63,144 nucleotides of DNA, filler included, from Actinomycetota bacterium (GCA_046725875.1; 5 parts of 5 records of this genome joined end to end with filler, not necessarily neighbours in it), one strand, 5' to 3'. Counted from the first letter of the whole stretch, positions 41,951 through 51,888 are shown. The notes: a model not told the origin generated them from the letters alone. Translations and numbers: made by a program.

Positions 41951-43750
41951 TCACACGTCGAGGATGCCGGAGATCATGAGGAGGATGCTGGCGCTGAGTA
42001 GGGCCGCGGCGGTCACCCGGCCGACCCATTCGAGGACGCGGTCCGGGACGCCGCGCGTCGGGGCGAGTGAGGCGAGTACGAAGAGCGCAGCCGCGACCGC
42101 AGACCCGCCAATGGTGACCGCCGCCCCGTGATCGGTGCTGCTTCCGATCACGGTCGCAAGCACAGCCGGCGCGAGCAGCAGCGGTATCGCGACCGGGACC
42201 AGCGCCGCGCCCCAACCCGGCAGGGCGGGCTCCGGTGTCGGCGGGCGCCGAACTAGCTGTACCGCCGCGGCAACGGCGGCAACCGCGGTCGTCGCGATTC
42301 GTGCTGCCGGATCGCTGACGTCGAGCGCGTCGAGGACCGTCGGAGTGACCACAGCCACGACGGCTAGAGCTGCGCTACCGCCGAGCGCACCGAGACCGGC
42401 GACCCCCGCCGTCTCGCGGGCGGCCCGGCCCCGCCGCGGAACGGCGAACGCTGATCGCGCTGGGTTGACGGCCGCGACGAGCGCCACAAACCACAGTCCC
42501 CAAGAAGGCACGTTCCGCTCCGAGCTGGTAGCGACGCCCGCCTCGACAATCGGTACCGTCCGCAGCAGTGCGGCGAGGACATGCTGCTGGTCGTCCATCC
42601 GGGTGACGCCGTCTCGGAACCAGGCTCCTTGCACCTTGGTCGGCGCCGCGAACCGAGCCGCCTCGGTCGCGTCGGCCTGCGCCTGAATCGCCAGACCGGC
42701 GTTACACACGGCTCTTTCCGCTATTTGGGCACGGAGATCAGCCAGGCGCGGGTCGGCCCCGGCAACGCGCCAGAGACCGCTAAGCCCCTCGCCGATCACC
42801 CCATAACCACCACCGCGCGGCACGTGTGTTCCACGAACGACGACACCCCATGGGCCGAACCGCTGGCTGATCCATCGCACTTGGCTGCCGAATAGCTCGG
42901 CCTGCCGGCGTGCATAAGCGGCCTCGTCGGGGGTGAGCGGCCGGCCCTGGGGCCGGTCGGCGAACCGGGCGGTCTCCGCGAGCCCATAAGCGGCCCAATG
43001 GTCGGGGATCGGCGGCCAGTACCCCTCCCGGTCGTCCCGCTGGGTCGCCAAATAGGCACCGATGCGGTCGGCTGTCGCGCCCCACGGCCCGGCGGGGAAG
43101 AGCCGGTGCAGGAGGGTCAGCGCCCAATAAGTCTCGCCCGTGTAGTACTTGGAGTACCTGCCGGCGAGCGACCGCGCGACCCCGGCGTCGAAATACGCGA
43201 GAACCGCGCCGGACGGTTCGGTTTGCGCGACTAGGAAGCGGCCCAGGCGACCGAGGTTGGCGTCGAACCGTCGATCACCGGTCAGGGCGCGCCGTTCGGC
43301 CAGGCCGGCCACGATCAGGGCAGTCGAGCCGGCCGACGTGTCTCCACCGGCGCTGACGGCGGCCCCGCCATCCAGCTCGATCACCTGGTGGAGCGCCCAC
43401 TCGGCACCGCGGTCGGCCGACGCCAGGGCACCAGGGATCCCGGCCGCGGCCGCCTGGTAGAGGCCCATGACCGCGCCGGCGTGCCGCACGACGTTGTAGT
43501 CGGGCGCTGCTTGATCCGTATCGGCGTCGTACTCGTACAACCAGGTACCGTCGCTCTGCTGGTTGCGTACGAACCAGTCCACGGTGTCGGTCGCTGCTGT
43601 GCGCAGGTCCGCGACGCTAACGGTGGGGCACCGCTCGGGCGGCGAAACGATAGCGAAGCTGGCGAGGCCGGCCCCAGCCAGGATGGCGCAGGCGAGCAGA
43701 GCGCGGCGCCAGGCCCGGCGGGGGTTGGTCGTCTTCACCGCTACGGACAC
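41951..43750 (-). CDS. Hypothetical fusion: N-terminal TM + alpha/alpha-toroid domain + C-terminal MarC-like membrane domain
   Basis: QW-like WFVRNQQSDGTW, YNVVRHAG, YYTGE, RMDDQQH; then VNP, LD.L.VS, LVPVAIPLL..P, VGRV, final TM; start uncertain. Confidence 0.7.
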   Translation of the reverse strand: MSVAVKTTNPRRAWRRALLACAILAGAGLASFAIVSPPERCPTVSVADLRTAATDTVDWFVRNQQSDGTWLYEYDADTDQAAPDYNVVRHAGAVMGLYQAAAAGIPGALASADRGAEWALHQVIELDGGAAVSAGGDTSAGSTALIVAGLAERRALTGDRRFDANLGRLGRFLVAQTEPSGAVLAYFDAGVARSLAGRYSKYYTGETYWALTLLHRLFPAGPWGATADRIGAYLATQRDDREGYWPPIPDHWAAYGLAETARFADRPQGRPLTPDEAAYARRQAELFGSQVRWISQRFGPWGVVVRGTHVPRGGGYGVIGEGLSGLWRVAGADPRLADLRAQIAERAVCNAGLAIQAQADATEAARFAAPTKVQGAWFRDGVTRMDDQQHVLAALLRTVPIVEAGVATSSERNVPSWGLWFVALVAAVNPARSAFAVPRRGRAARETAGVAGLGALGGSAALAVVAVVTPTVLDALDVSDPAARIATTAVAAVAAAVQLVRRPPTPEPALPGWGAALVPVAIPLLLAPAVLATVIGSSTDHGAAVTIGGSAVAAALFVLASLAPTRGVPDRVLEWVGRVTAAALLSASILLMISGILDV

Positions 43751-44205
43751 GTACCCGCCCGTCCTGCTCAGGTCATTCCTGGATCGTTCGTGATCGTGCA
43801 GCCATCTAAGAGGGCTGGACTGGTCGGCGGCAAGGGCGGCGGTGAACTTGCGCAACGACCCCGTACCACCGCGCGTAACGCGAGCGGAACGGGGCCGAGG
43901 CGGTTGGTGCGCGGTCGCCTCGCGGCGAAAGGCACGACACGGCTCCAGCCGAGCGGTATTCCGCGAAGGCAGTTATCAAATGCGGCCCGGGGACACTGTC
44001 CACACCAACCGAGGGTCCCAACTATTCGCAGCTCGGGATTGTTCCTGACGTCGGATCCCGTTTCAGAAATACGTGGCGAAGCCGGCCGCGGCCGCGGTTC
44101 GGTCCCTCCTGCCGCGTACGAAGGTCGTGGCACCGGGAAGAGGGTCGGGGCTTTGGGCGTTGAGGCGATATCGAGTAATCATGTAATCATGCGATCGGAC
44201 GCGGC

Positions 44206-45186
44206 ATGAGCAGAGAAGACGAAACACCGATCACCAGCTTCGGTGAGCCCGCGGAACCACTTGACGCCTACTCACGAATCGTGACCGAGGTGGCCGAAGA
44301 GCTGCTGCCGCACGTGGCGAGCGTTCGGGTCCGCGGCTCGCGGGGAGGTTTTGCGTACCAGGGGGCCGGATCGGCCGTCGTGTTCACAGACGACGGCTAC
44401 TTGGTCACCAACGCGCATGTGGTCGGGAACACGAAGCGCGGCACGGTCGCCTTCGCCGACGGGACCGAGTCGCAGTTCGACGTGGTCGGGGCCGATCCGC
44501 TGTCGGATCTGGCCGTGATCCGCGCTCGCGGCGACACCCCCTCGGCGGCACAGTTCGGCGACGCCGAGTCGCTGCGCGTCGGCCAGCTGGTCGTCGCGGT
44601 TGGCAGCCCGCTCGGACTGGCCGGATCCGTCACGGCGGGCGTGGTGAGTGGGCTCGGCCGCTCGATGCCGACCCGCAGCGGCCAGGCGGCCCGGGTGGTC
44701 GAAGATGTGATCCAGACCGACGCTGCGCTGAATCCGGGTAACTCCGGCGGCGCGCTCTCCGATGCGAAGGCGCGGGTGGTCGGGATCAACACGGCGGTCG
44801 CCGGCATCGGCCTCGGCCTTGCGGTGCCAATCAACAGCACGAGCCAGCGGATCATCGGCACGCTGGTGCGGGAGGGCCGGGTCCGCCGCGCCTACCTGGG
44901 CCTAGTCAACACACCGGCGCCGGTGCCGGAGCCGATCGCGGCGCGTACTGGGCAGCGGCAAGGTCTGCGGATCATCGAGGTCGTGCCCGGCGGTCCGGCC
45001 GATCGAGCCGGGTTGAAGCCCGGAGACCTGGTGCTTTCCGCGGGGCGTAACCCGGTGGCGGCGGCGGAGAGCCTGCAGCGGCTGCTGTTCGCCGACGCGA
45101 TTGGAGAGCCGCTGCCGCTCACGGTTTTGCGCAACGGCGCGATGGTGGATGTCATCGCCGTACCCGCCGAGCTCCAGCGAGTCTGA
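44206..45186 (+). CDS. Trypsin-like (HtrA/S1C) serine protease with PDZ domain
   Basis: TNAHVV, DLAV, QTDAALNPGNSGG, PADRAGLKPGD; no signal peptide evident. Confidence 0.93.
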   Translation: MSREDETPITSFGEPAEPLDAYSRIVTEVAEELLPHVASVRVRGSRGGFAYQGAGSAVVFTDDGYLVTNAHVVGNTKRGTVAFADGTESQFDVVGADPLSDLAVIRARGDTPSAAQFGDAESLRVGQLVVAVGSPLGLAGSVTAGVVSGLGRSMPTRSGQAARVVEDVIQTDAALNPGNSGGALSDAKARVVGINTAVAGIGLGLAVPINSTSQRIIGTLVREGRVRRAYLGLVNTPAPVPEPIAARTGQRQGLRIIEVVPGGPADRAGLKPGDLVLSAGRNPVAAAESLQRLLFADAIGEPLPLTVLRNGAMVDVIAVPAELQRV

Positions 45187-45342
45187 CCTTCGCAGGCCTG
45201 CTCTTGCGGCCTCGGAGCGGCTGCTTTACGCCCGGTTGCAGGCCGAGAATCGATTTTGGCTGATGATCATGATTGCCGGCCGTAATGCAGGCCTGGCGGC
45301 ACTCGGGCGGAGCTCCGCAAGCGGTTGAGGCGGGCGTGCGAC

Positions 45343-45861
45343 CTAGGTTGGCCGGTTGAAGAGGAGTTCGCAGACCTCGCGATAGAGCTCGTCGGGGTCT
45401 GGCAAGAAGTTGATCGAGCTGAGCGCCTGATCTTGACCGGCCGACTCGAGGACGAACGTTCCGTATCCGAGGATGCGGCCAAGCGGCGACCGCTGGTAGC
45501 GCATATCGGTGACCCGCGCGAGGGGCATCATGCCGACCCGCCGAGTGAACACGCCCTGGGCGAGGACGAACCGCCGGTCCGTGACGACGAACCAGTCCAA
45601 CGTCCACTCGATGATCCGCCAGATAAAGTAGGCGAGTACCGCAGTCCAGGACAGCCATAGCAGCACGCGCACCGGTTTGGCGAGCGGCATGACGGTATCG
45701 AGCAGCATCGCGACGACGAGACCGCCGAAGACCGCTACGGCCGGCCAGAACATTTCCGCCCAGTGTCGGCGTACCTCGATAACGACGCTCTCGCTGGGCA
45801 GCAGGAACCGCTGTACGGCTCCCACCCTGGTGGCGGGAGGGGCGGCCGGTGCCATGGTCAC
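45343..45861 (-). CDS. Bacterial PH (bPH_2) domain membrane protein
   Basis: E.V....RRHW, two TMs, VTDRR....G, LGRILGYGT...ESAGQ.Q. Confidence 0.88.
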   Translation of the reverse strand: MTMAPAAPPATRVGAVQRFLLPSESVVIEVRRHWAEMFWPAVAVFGGLVVAMLLDTVMPLAKPVRVLLWLSWTAVLAYFIWRIIEWTLDWFVVTDRRFVLAQGVFTRRVGMMPLARVTDMRYQRSPLGRILGYGTFVLESAGQDQALSSINFLPDPDELYREVCELLFNRPT

Positions 45862-46025
45862 GTCACCAGCGCGTCGAAGAACTCGAACAACCCATCGACC
45901 GCCTGGGAGATCCAGTCGAAGCCCTGGTTGACCCAGCTAGCGGACGTATCGGGCTCATTCGCGATCATGAACACAACGAAGATGATGAAGAGCCAGAACA
46001 AGACTCTTCTCGTCCCTGGCTTCAC
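45858..46025 (-). CDS. 55-aa small membrane protein
   Basis: RRVLFWLFIIFVVFMI..P..SA; GTGA overlap with the PH gene. Confidence 0.7.
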   Translation of the reverse strand: MKPGTRRVLFWLFIIFVVFMIANEPDTSASWVNQGFDWISQAVDGLFEFFDALVT

Positions 46026-46370
46026 GTGCGCCTGCCTTCCCACGTCCACGCCATGCGCATAATTCTTAGCGACTTCGACGCCAAGATCGAGTATCCACGC
46101 CGTACGGCCCACGCCGATCATCGGTCAGGACATTGATCATGGTGCCCAGTCGCGACCGTGATCAATCACTGTTACGAGAGGTGCTCTTTTGCCATCAATC
46201 GGTGACAGTATGGCCGGTCTGCGCAAATCTGACGATCCCTGGCGCTCCACGAAATCTTCGGTCGATGGGTCCCCCCGGAGCGGGAGGTCATCGGCCGTTG
46301 CTTGGGCGGGTTTCAGAAGGACCGCTTCCTCCCTGGTGGATGATCCGGAGCGGACGCTAGGTTGCGACGC

Positions 46371-47471
46371 GTGAAGCTCGTTGTTCCCGCAGAGACCCGC
46401 GCGTACGAGCGGCGGGTTGCGCTGGTGCCCGAGGCGGTGCAGCGGATCGTGCAGTCAGGGCTCGAGGTGGTCGTCGAGTCGGCGGCCGGCCGGTACGCGT
46501 TCGCGGGAGACGACGACTTCCGCGCCGCCGGTGCGACGGTGGTCCGCCCCGATGCGCTGCCGCTGGCGGAGGCAGCCGTTGTGGCAAGCGTCCAGCCACT
46601 GAACGTCGCGCGAGCGAGCCAGCTTGCCGAGGCCACCGTGACCATCTCGTTCCTGCAGCCCGCCGTCGAGGCAGACCTGGTCGGGGTCTACGCGGAGCGC
46701 AAGGTCACGGCGTTCTCGCTGGATCGAGTCCCACGGATAACCCGGGCGCAGGCGGCCGACGCCCTGTCGTCGCAAGCACTGGTCGCCGGCTACCGGGCGG
46801 TGCTCGTCGCCGCCGAGCGGCTGCCCAAGTTCTTCCCGCTGTTCATGACTGCCGCGGGTACCGTGCCGCCGGCGCGGGTACTCGTACTCGGCGCCGGGGT
46901 CGCCGGCCTGCAGGCGATCGCCACGGCCCGCCGCCTCGGCGCCACGGTCGAGGCGTACGACGTCCGGGCCGCCGCGGCCGAGGAGGTGCGTTCGCTCGGC
47001 GCGCAGTTCGTGGAGCTCACACTGGAGACCCAGGAAGGGGCGGGCGGCTACGCCCGGGAGCAGACACCGGAGTTCCTCGCCCGGCAGCGGGAGCTGATCG
47101 GGGAGCGCGTAGCCGCCGCGGATGTGGTCATCACCACTGCCGCCGTGCCGGGCAAGCCCGCCCCACGGCTGGTTACCCGTGAGATGGTCGAGGCAATGCG
47201 CCCGGGATCAGTCGTGGTGGACCTGGCCGCAGAAAGCGGGGGCAACTGCGAACTCGCCCGCCCGGGCGAGGAGGTCCGGCATCACGACGTGGTCGTGTGG
47301 GGAGCGCGCAACATCGGATCAGACATGCCCGTCCACGCGAGCAAGCTCTACGCCAGCAACGTCAGCGCGCTGCTGTCCCTCATGACCCGCGACGGCGAGG
47401 TGCGGCCCGATCTCGACGACGAGGTTCTGGCGGGGTGCTGTATTACTTATGCGGGCGAGGTCCGGGTGTGA
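46371..47471 (+). CDS. pntAa: NAD(P) transhydrogenase subunit alpha part 1
   Basis: ERRVALVP, PRITRAQ..DALSSQ, GAGVAGLQA, VDLAAESGGNC. Confidence 0.95.
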   Translation: MKLVVPAETRAYERRVALVPEAVQRIVQSGLEVVVESAAGRYAFAGDDDFRAAGATVVRPDALPLAEAAVVASVQPLNVARASQLAEATVTISFLQPAVEADLVGVYAERKVTAFSLDRVPRITRAQAADALSSQALVAGYRAVLVAAERLPKFFPLFMTAAGTVPPARVLVLGAGVAGLQAIATARRLGATVEAYDVRAAAAEEVRSLGAQFVELTLETQEGAGGYAREQTPEFLARQRELIGERVAAADVVITTAAVPGKPAPRLVTREMVEAMRPGSVVVDLAAESGGNCELARPGEEVRHHDVVVWGARNIGSDMPVHASKLYASNVSALLSLMTRDGEVRPDLDDEVLAGCCITYAGEVRV

Positions 47472-47521
47472 GCGGCGGGCAGCGCTGCACCAATTAGAGC
47501 GCAGCGAATGGAGACGCGAAC

Positions 47522-47866
47522 ATGAGCGAGGGGATGGCCCTCCTGACGATTTTCGTGCTGGCTGCGTTTGTCGGCTTCGAGGTCATCTCCAAGGTGTCGA
47601 CCACCCTGCACACCCCACTGATGTCCGGCGCCAACGCCATCCACGGTGTGATCCTCGTTGGCTCGATCCTCGTCGCCGGACACGCCGACTCGACCGGTGA
47701 GCTCGCGGTGGCACTGCTTGCGGTCGTCCTCGCCACGCTCAACATGGTCGGCGGCTTCGTCGTCACCGACCGGATGCTGGAGATGTTCGGACGTGGCGCC
47801 TCGGCCGGAAACCGCAGCCGCTCGCACGATGGCGAGCGACAGAACGAGGGCGGCGGCCGGCCGTGA
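47522..47866 (+). CDS. pntAb: NAD(P) transhydrogenase subunit alpha part 2
   Basis: LHTPLMSGANAIHG, GGFVVTDRMLEMF. Confidence 0.96.
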   Translation: MSEGMALLTIFVLAAFVGFEVISKVSTTLHTPLMSGANAIHGVILVGSILVAGHADSTGELAVALLAVVLATLNMVGGFVVTDRMLEMFGRGASAGNRSRSHDGERQNEGGGRP

Positions 47867-49233
47867 GGGACTTCGCGTACCTCGTCGCGGCCGTCTGCTT
47901 CATCCTCGCCCTGAAAGGTCTCTCCTCACCCCGCACCGCGCGGCACGGCAACCTTATCGGTGCGGCCGGCGCCGTCCTCGCGGTCGTGGTCGCCCTTACC
48001 ACCGCAGGGCTCGACCACCTCCTGGCGATCCTTGCCGCGATTGCAGCCGGGACTGTGGTCGGCGCGATGGTCGCCCGCCGGGTGCGCATGACGGCGATGC
48101 CACAGCTGGTCGCCATCTTCAACGGTGTGGGCGGTGGGGCGGCGGCCCTGGTCGCGCTTCTCGAGCTGTCGAGCACGGACGACGGGCTGCCGCTCGCCGC
48201 CGCGATCTTCACGCTGATCGTCGGGTCGGTGTCGTTCAGCGGATCGATGGTGACCTTCGCAAAGTTGCAGGAGTTGATGACCGGTCGGCCAGTGACCTTC
48301 CCCGGCGGACCGTATGTCTTCGCGGCCGCGCTCGGCGTCGCCGTCGGCTTGGGCAGTGGGGTGTACGTGGAGGATGGGCAGGGTTCGCTCGCGTCCGCAT
48401 TTGCCGTGTCGGCAGTAGCCACGTCGCTGGTCGTCGGCGTGCTCTTTGTCCTGCCCGTCGGCGGCGCGGATGTGCCGATCGCCATCTCGCTGCTGAACGC
48501 CTTTACCGGGCTGACCGTCGCGGCTTCCGGTTACGTGCTCAGTAACACCCTGCTGATCGTCGCCGGCACCCTGGTGGGCGCGTCGGGAACGCTTCTCACC
48601 CGGTTGATGGCCGCGGCGATGGGGCGCCCGATCACCAACATCCTCTTTGGTGCGTTCGCTGCTCCAGCCGGGGCCGGAGCAGCCGCCCCGGGAGAGGCGC
48701 GCCCGGTCCGCTCGGTCGGCCCGGAAGATGTCGCGATCCTGCTGGGCTACGCGCGGAAGGTCGTGATCGTTCCTGGCTACGGGCTCGCGGTCGCCCAGGC
48801 CCAGCACACCGTGAAGGAGGTCGCCGACGCGCTCGCCGACCGCGGCGTCACGGTGTCGTACGGCATTCATCCGGTCGCCGGCCGGATGCCCGGCCACATG
48901 AACGTGCTGCTTGCCGAAGCAAATGTCCCGTACGACCAGCTCGTGGAGATGGACGACATCAATCCGGAGCTGCCGTACACCGACGTGGCACTGGTGGTCG
49001 GGGCGAACGACGTGGTCAACCCGGCGGCCAAGACGTCGCCGGGCAGTCCGATCTACGGCATGCCGATCATCGAGGTCGGACAGGCCGCGGCGGTCGTCTT
49101 CCTAAAGCGTTCGATGCGTCCCGGTTTTGCCGGTGTTGAGAACGAGCTCTTGTACGACCCGAAAACGATGCTGCTGTTCGGCGACGCCAAGGAGTCGCTC
49201 TCCAAGGTCCTCGCCGCCCTCAAGGCCGTCTGA
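47863..49233 (+). CDS. pntB: NAD(P) transhydrogenase subunit beta
   Basis: MTAMPQLVA, IHPVAGRMPGHMNVLLAEA, GANDVVNPAA. Confidence 0.96.
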   Translation: MRDFAYLVAAVCFILALKGLSSPRTARHGNLIGAAGAVLAVVVALTTAGLDHLLAILAAIAAGTVVGAMVARRVRMTAMPQLVAIFNGVGGGAAALVALLELSSTDDGLPLAAAIFTLIVGSVSFSGSMVTFAKLQELMTGRPVTFPGGPYVFAAALGVAVGLGSGVYVEDGQGSLASAFAVSAVATSLVVGVLFVLPVGGADVPIAISLLNAFTGLTVAASGYVLSNTLLIVAGTLVGASGTLLTRLMAAAMGRPITNILFGAFAAPAGAGAAAPGEARPVRSVGPEDVAILLGYARKVVIVPGYGLAVAQAQHTVKEVADALADRGVTVSYGIHPVAGRMPGHMNVLLAEANVPYDQLVEMDDINPELPYTDVALVVGANDVVNPAAKTSPGSPIYGMPIIEVGQAAAVVFLKRSMRPGFAGVENELLYDPKTMLLFGDAKESLSKVLAALKAV

Positions 49234-49252
49234 GCACCCCCTCCCCGCCCAC

Positions 49253-49465
49253 CGGGTATGAATGTGCCGTTGAGTCGATAGGTTCGAGCCGACGGCACAT
49301 TGATCTCAGCGAGTTCCGCAACAACGGCACATTCATGCGAGACGTCGGGCGCTCTTAACCCGACGAAGGTGCCAACTCGATGAATGTGCCACTCGCTCGA
49401 AAGGCTCGGGTATGAATGTGCCGCTGAGTCGATAGGTTCGAGCCAACGGCACATTCATCTCAGCG
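49253..49465. repeat. REP/BIME-like palindromic repeat cluster between convergent pntB and upp
   Basis: Two 59-bp direct repeats (49253-49311, 49407-49465); ATGAATGTGCCGTT-like core six times in both orientations. Confidence 0.85.
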
Positions 49466-49472
49466 GGGTGGG

Positions 49473-50030
49473 TTACACGACGCCGTAGAGGCGGTCGCCG
49501 GCGTCACCGAGGCCGGGAACTATATAGCCGTGCTCGTTGAGCCGCTCGTCGAGCGCCGCAGTGACGACCGTTACCGGTACGTCGAGTTCGGTGAGCGTCT
49601 TCTCCAGATGCTGGACCCCCTCAGGCGCGGCGAGCAGGCAGATCGCAGTGACGTGATTCGCACCTCGGCCCGTGAGGTATCCGATCGCCGCCGCGAGCGT
49701 TCCGCCGGTCGCCAGCATCGGGTCGAGGACATAGCACTGGCGCCCGGATAGGTCGTCCGGCAGCCGGGTCGCATAGGTGGACGCCTTGAGCGTTTCCTCA
49801 TCTCTGACCATTCCCAGGAAGCCGACCTCGGCCGTGGGCACGAGGCGGGTCATCCCGTCGAGCATGCCAAGCCCCGCGCGAAGGATGGGCACGACGAGCG
49901 GCTTCGGCGCGGCGAGCCGCACCCCGCGGGCCGGGGCGACCGGAGTGACGATCTCGATCGGATCGATCCGAACATCCCGGGTGGCTTCGTAGGCCAGGAG
50001 CGTGACGAGCTCGTCGGTCAGCCGGCGGAA
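49473..50030 (-). CDS. upp: Uracil phosphoribosyltransferase (5'-truncated)
   Basis: [34 protein letters not shown]. Confidence 0.96.
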   Translation of the reverse strand, partial: FRRLTDELVTLLAYEATRDVRIDPIEIVTPVAPARGVRLAAPKPLVVPILRAGLGMLDGMTRLVPTAEVGFLGMVRDEETLKASTYATRLPDDLSGRQCYVLDPMLATGGTLAAAIGYLTGRGANHVTAICLLAAPEGVQHLEKTLTELDVPVTVVTAALDERLNEHGYIVPGLGDAGDRLYGVV

Positions 50031-50130
50031 NNNNNNNNNNNNNNNNNNNNNNNNNNNNNNNNNNNNNNNNNNNNTTAATTAATTAANNNNNNNNNNNNNN
50101 NNNNNNNNNNNNNNNNNNNNNNNNNNNNNN
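50031..50130. other. Artificial contig linker
   Basis: 44 N + TTAATTAATTAA + 44 N. Confidence 0.98.
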
Positions 50131-50554
50131 CCCGGTCGGACCGGCGGATGCTGATCCGGGCGGCTGACACCGCGTCTTCGGCGTCCGACAGGAGGGTGGA
50201 CACCTCGTCCCGAAGCCGGTCCATGCCCTGCGGAGGCTGCACCGATGTGAACGAGTTGGAGATCGAGCCAAGAGCCTGCTCGCTCGCGCTGATCGTTTCG
50301 TCAGCGTACGGCTTGAAGATGCGGTCGGCGAGAGCGACCCGAGCCGTAAGCCGGGCGGTCTCGACCTCGCTCGTCGCAGCCTCGACCGACATTGCCGCCT
50401 TGTCGCGGTAGTCGTCGATGCCCGTGGCGGGTGTGACGCAGCCCGCGACGAGAGCTGTGACCAGTGATATGCCGACCGCGGATACCGCCACCCGGCAGGG
50501 ATGCGGCCGCCTCCGGGTCATCGGACGGCGCCGTGCGGACCGGGCGGCGATCAT
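50131..50554 (-). CDS. Hypothetical helical lipoprotein (3'-truncated)
   Basis: Lipobox VAGC followed by predicted helical SEVETARL...F.SVQPP. Confidence 0.7.
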
Positions 50555-50643
50555 CGGCCATGCCGCAGGAGAAAGTAGGCCAGGACGGCGAGCAAGAAGC
50601 CGAACTCTAGCCAGCCGAACCCGATCGCGAGACCGTCGGTCAC
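50551..50643 (-). CDS. 30-aa single-TM small protein
   Basis: MTDGLAIGFGWLEFGFLLAVLAYFLLRHGR*; ATGA overlap with the lipoprotein. Confidence 0.55.
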   Translation of the reverse strand: MTDGLAIGFGWLEFGFLLAVLAYFLLRHGR

Positions 50644-50799
50644 GGCTGTTCGCTTGGGTTTGTCAGTGCTCTCCCGGGCCGGTCATGCATCCTCCGAATC
50701 AGGTCGCTCATACCACCTCGGACGGACCACACGGCGAGGAGGTACCCGCGATCTTCCCAGATACGCGTCCGGTGATCAGTGGTAGAGCGAGGACCGGAT

Positions 50800-51744
50800 T
50801 CAAGCAGTCTTGCGGGCCGACGCGGCCTTCTTGGCTGACCTCTTGGCGGCCGGCCGCTTAGCCGCCTTCTTCGCCGAAGAGCTCCTCGCCGTTTCCTTGG
50901 CCGCCGTCCGCGGCGCCGCCTTCCTACCGCTCGCTTTCTTCGGCCGCGGCTCGGCGGCTTCTCCTCGACGGGCCTTGGCGTCCTCGACGCTGCGCCGCAG
51001 CGCCTCCATCAGGTCGACCACCTCGCCGCGCTCGGGTGCCGGCGCCGCCTCCTCCTTGACCGGCCGGCCGGCCGCTTTGGCCTCGATGACCTGCTCGAGG
51101 GCATCGCGGTATTGGTCGGTGTACTCGGTTGGGTCAAACGGTGCGGTCATGGTGTCGATGTAGGACTCGGCCATGTCGATCTCCTGCGAGCGAACCTGGA
51201 CGTCATCGGGCGGAGCGAAGGCGTCCGCCGCCCGTACCTCATCCGGCCACAACATCATCTGCAGGAGAAGGACATCCTCGTAGGGACGCAACAACGCGAG
51301 CGACTCACGATTTCGCAGCGCAACCTTGACCACCGCGACCTTGCCGGTGCGCTGGATGGCGTCGCGCAGGAGGACATACGGCTTGCCGCCGGGGCCGTCC
51401 GCCTCGAGGTAATAGCTGCGAGTGAAGTTGATCGGGTCGATGTCCTCGGCGTCCACGAACTGCAGGACCTCGACGGTCTTGCTGGACACCAGCGGCAGCT
51501 CAGCGAGATCCTCGTCGGTCAGGACGATCGTGTCGCCGTCCGGCAGCGTGTAGCCCTTCGCGATGTCCCGGTAGGGGACTTCCTGCCCGTCAATCTCACA
51601 AATGCGCCGATACCGGATGCGCCCCCCGTCGGCGGCGTGCACCTGGTGCAGCGAGACGCCGCGCTCCTCGGTGGCTGCGTACAACCGGATCGGAATCGTC
51701 ACGAGCCCGAACGAGATCGCGCCCTTCCAGATGGTCTGCGGCAT
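50800..51744 (-). CDS. ku: NHEJ protein Ku
   Basis: IWKGAISFGLV.IP, RIRYRR, I.KGY, VVDLMEALRRS, basic Lys/Ala-rich tail. Confidence 0.96.
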   Translation of the reverse strand: MPQTIWKGAISFGLVTIPIRLYAATEERGVSLHQVHAADGGRIRYRRICEIDGQEVPYRDIAKGYTLPDGDTIVLTDEDLAELPLVSSKTVEVLQFVDAEDIDPINFTRSYYLEADGPGGKPYVLLRDAIQRTGKVAVVKVALRNRESLALLRPYEDVLLLQMMLWPDEVRAADAFAPPDDVQVRSQEIDMAESYIDTMTAPFDPTEYTDQYRDALEQVIEAKAAGRPVKEEAAPAPERGEVVDLMEALRRSVEDAKARRGEAAEPRPKKASGRKAAPRTAAKETARSSSAKKAAKRPAAKRSAKKAASARKTA

Positions 51745-51888
51745 GTCGGCTCCTCTCCACCCCAGTGTGACCGCTGCCAGCCGACCCGTCGCCACCCGGC
51801 TAGGCAGCTCTCGCTACTACGACCCGTTGATCAAGGAATTATCATCCCTGGCCGCTAGGTGGCCGGCCCGGCGGGTACGTTGGCTGCC

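Noticed and set aside
45187..45342. Three GCAGGCC words between htrA and the PH gene
   Set aside because: Short, GC-rich and without consistent structure
49253..49465. CRISPR array
   Set aside because: Mixed orientations, identical inter-repeat sequences and no cas genes
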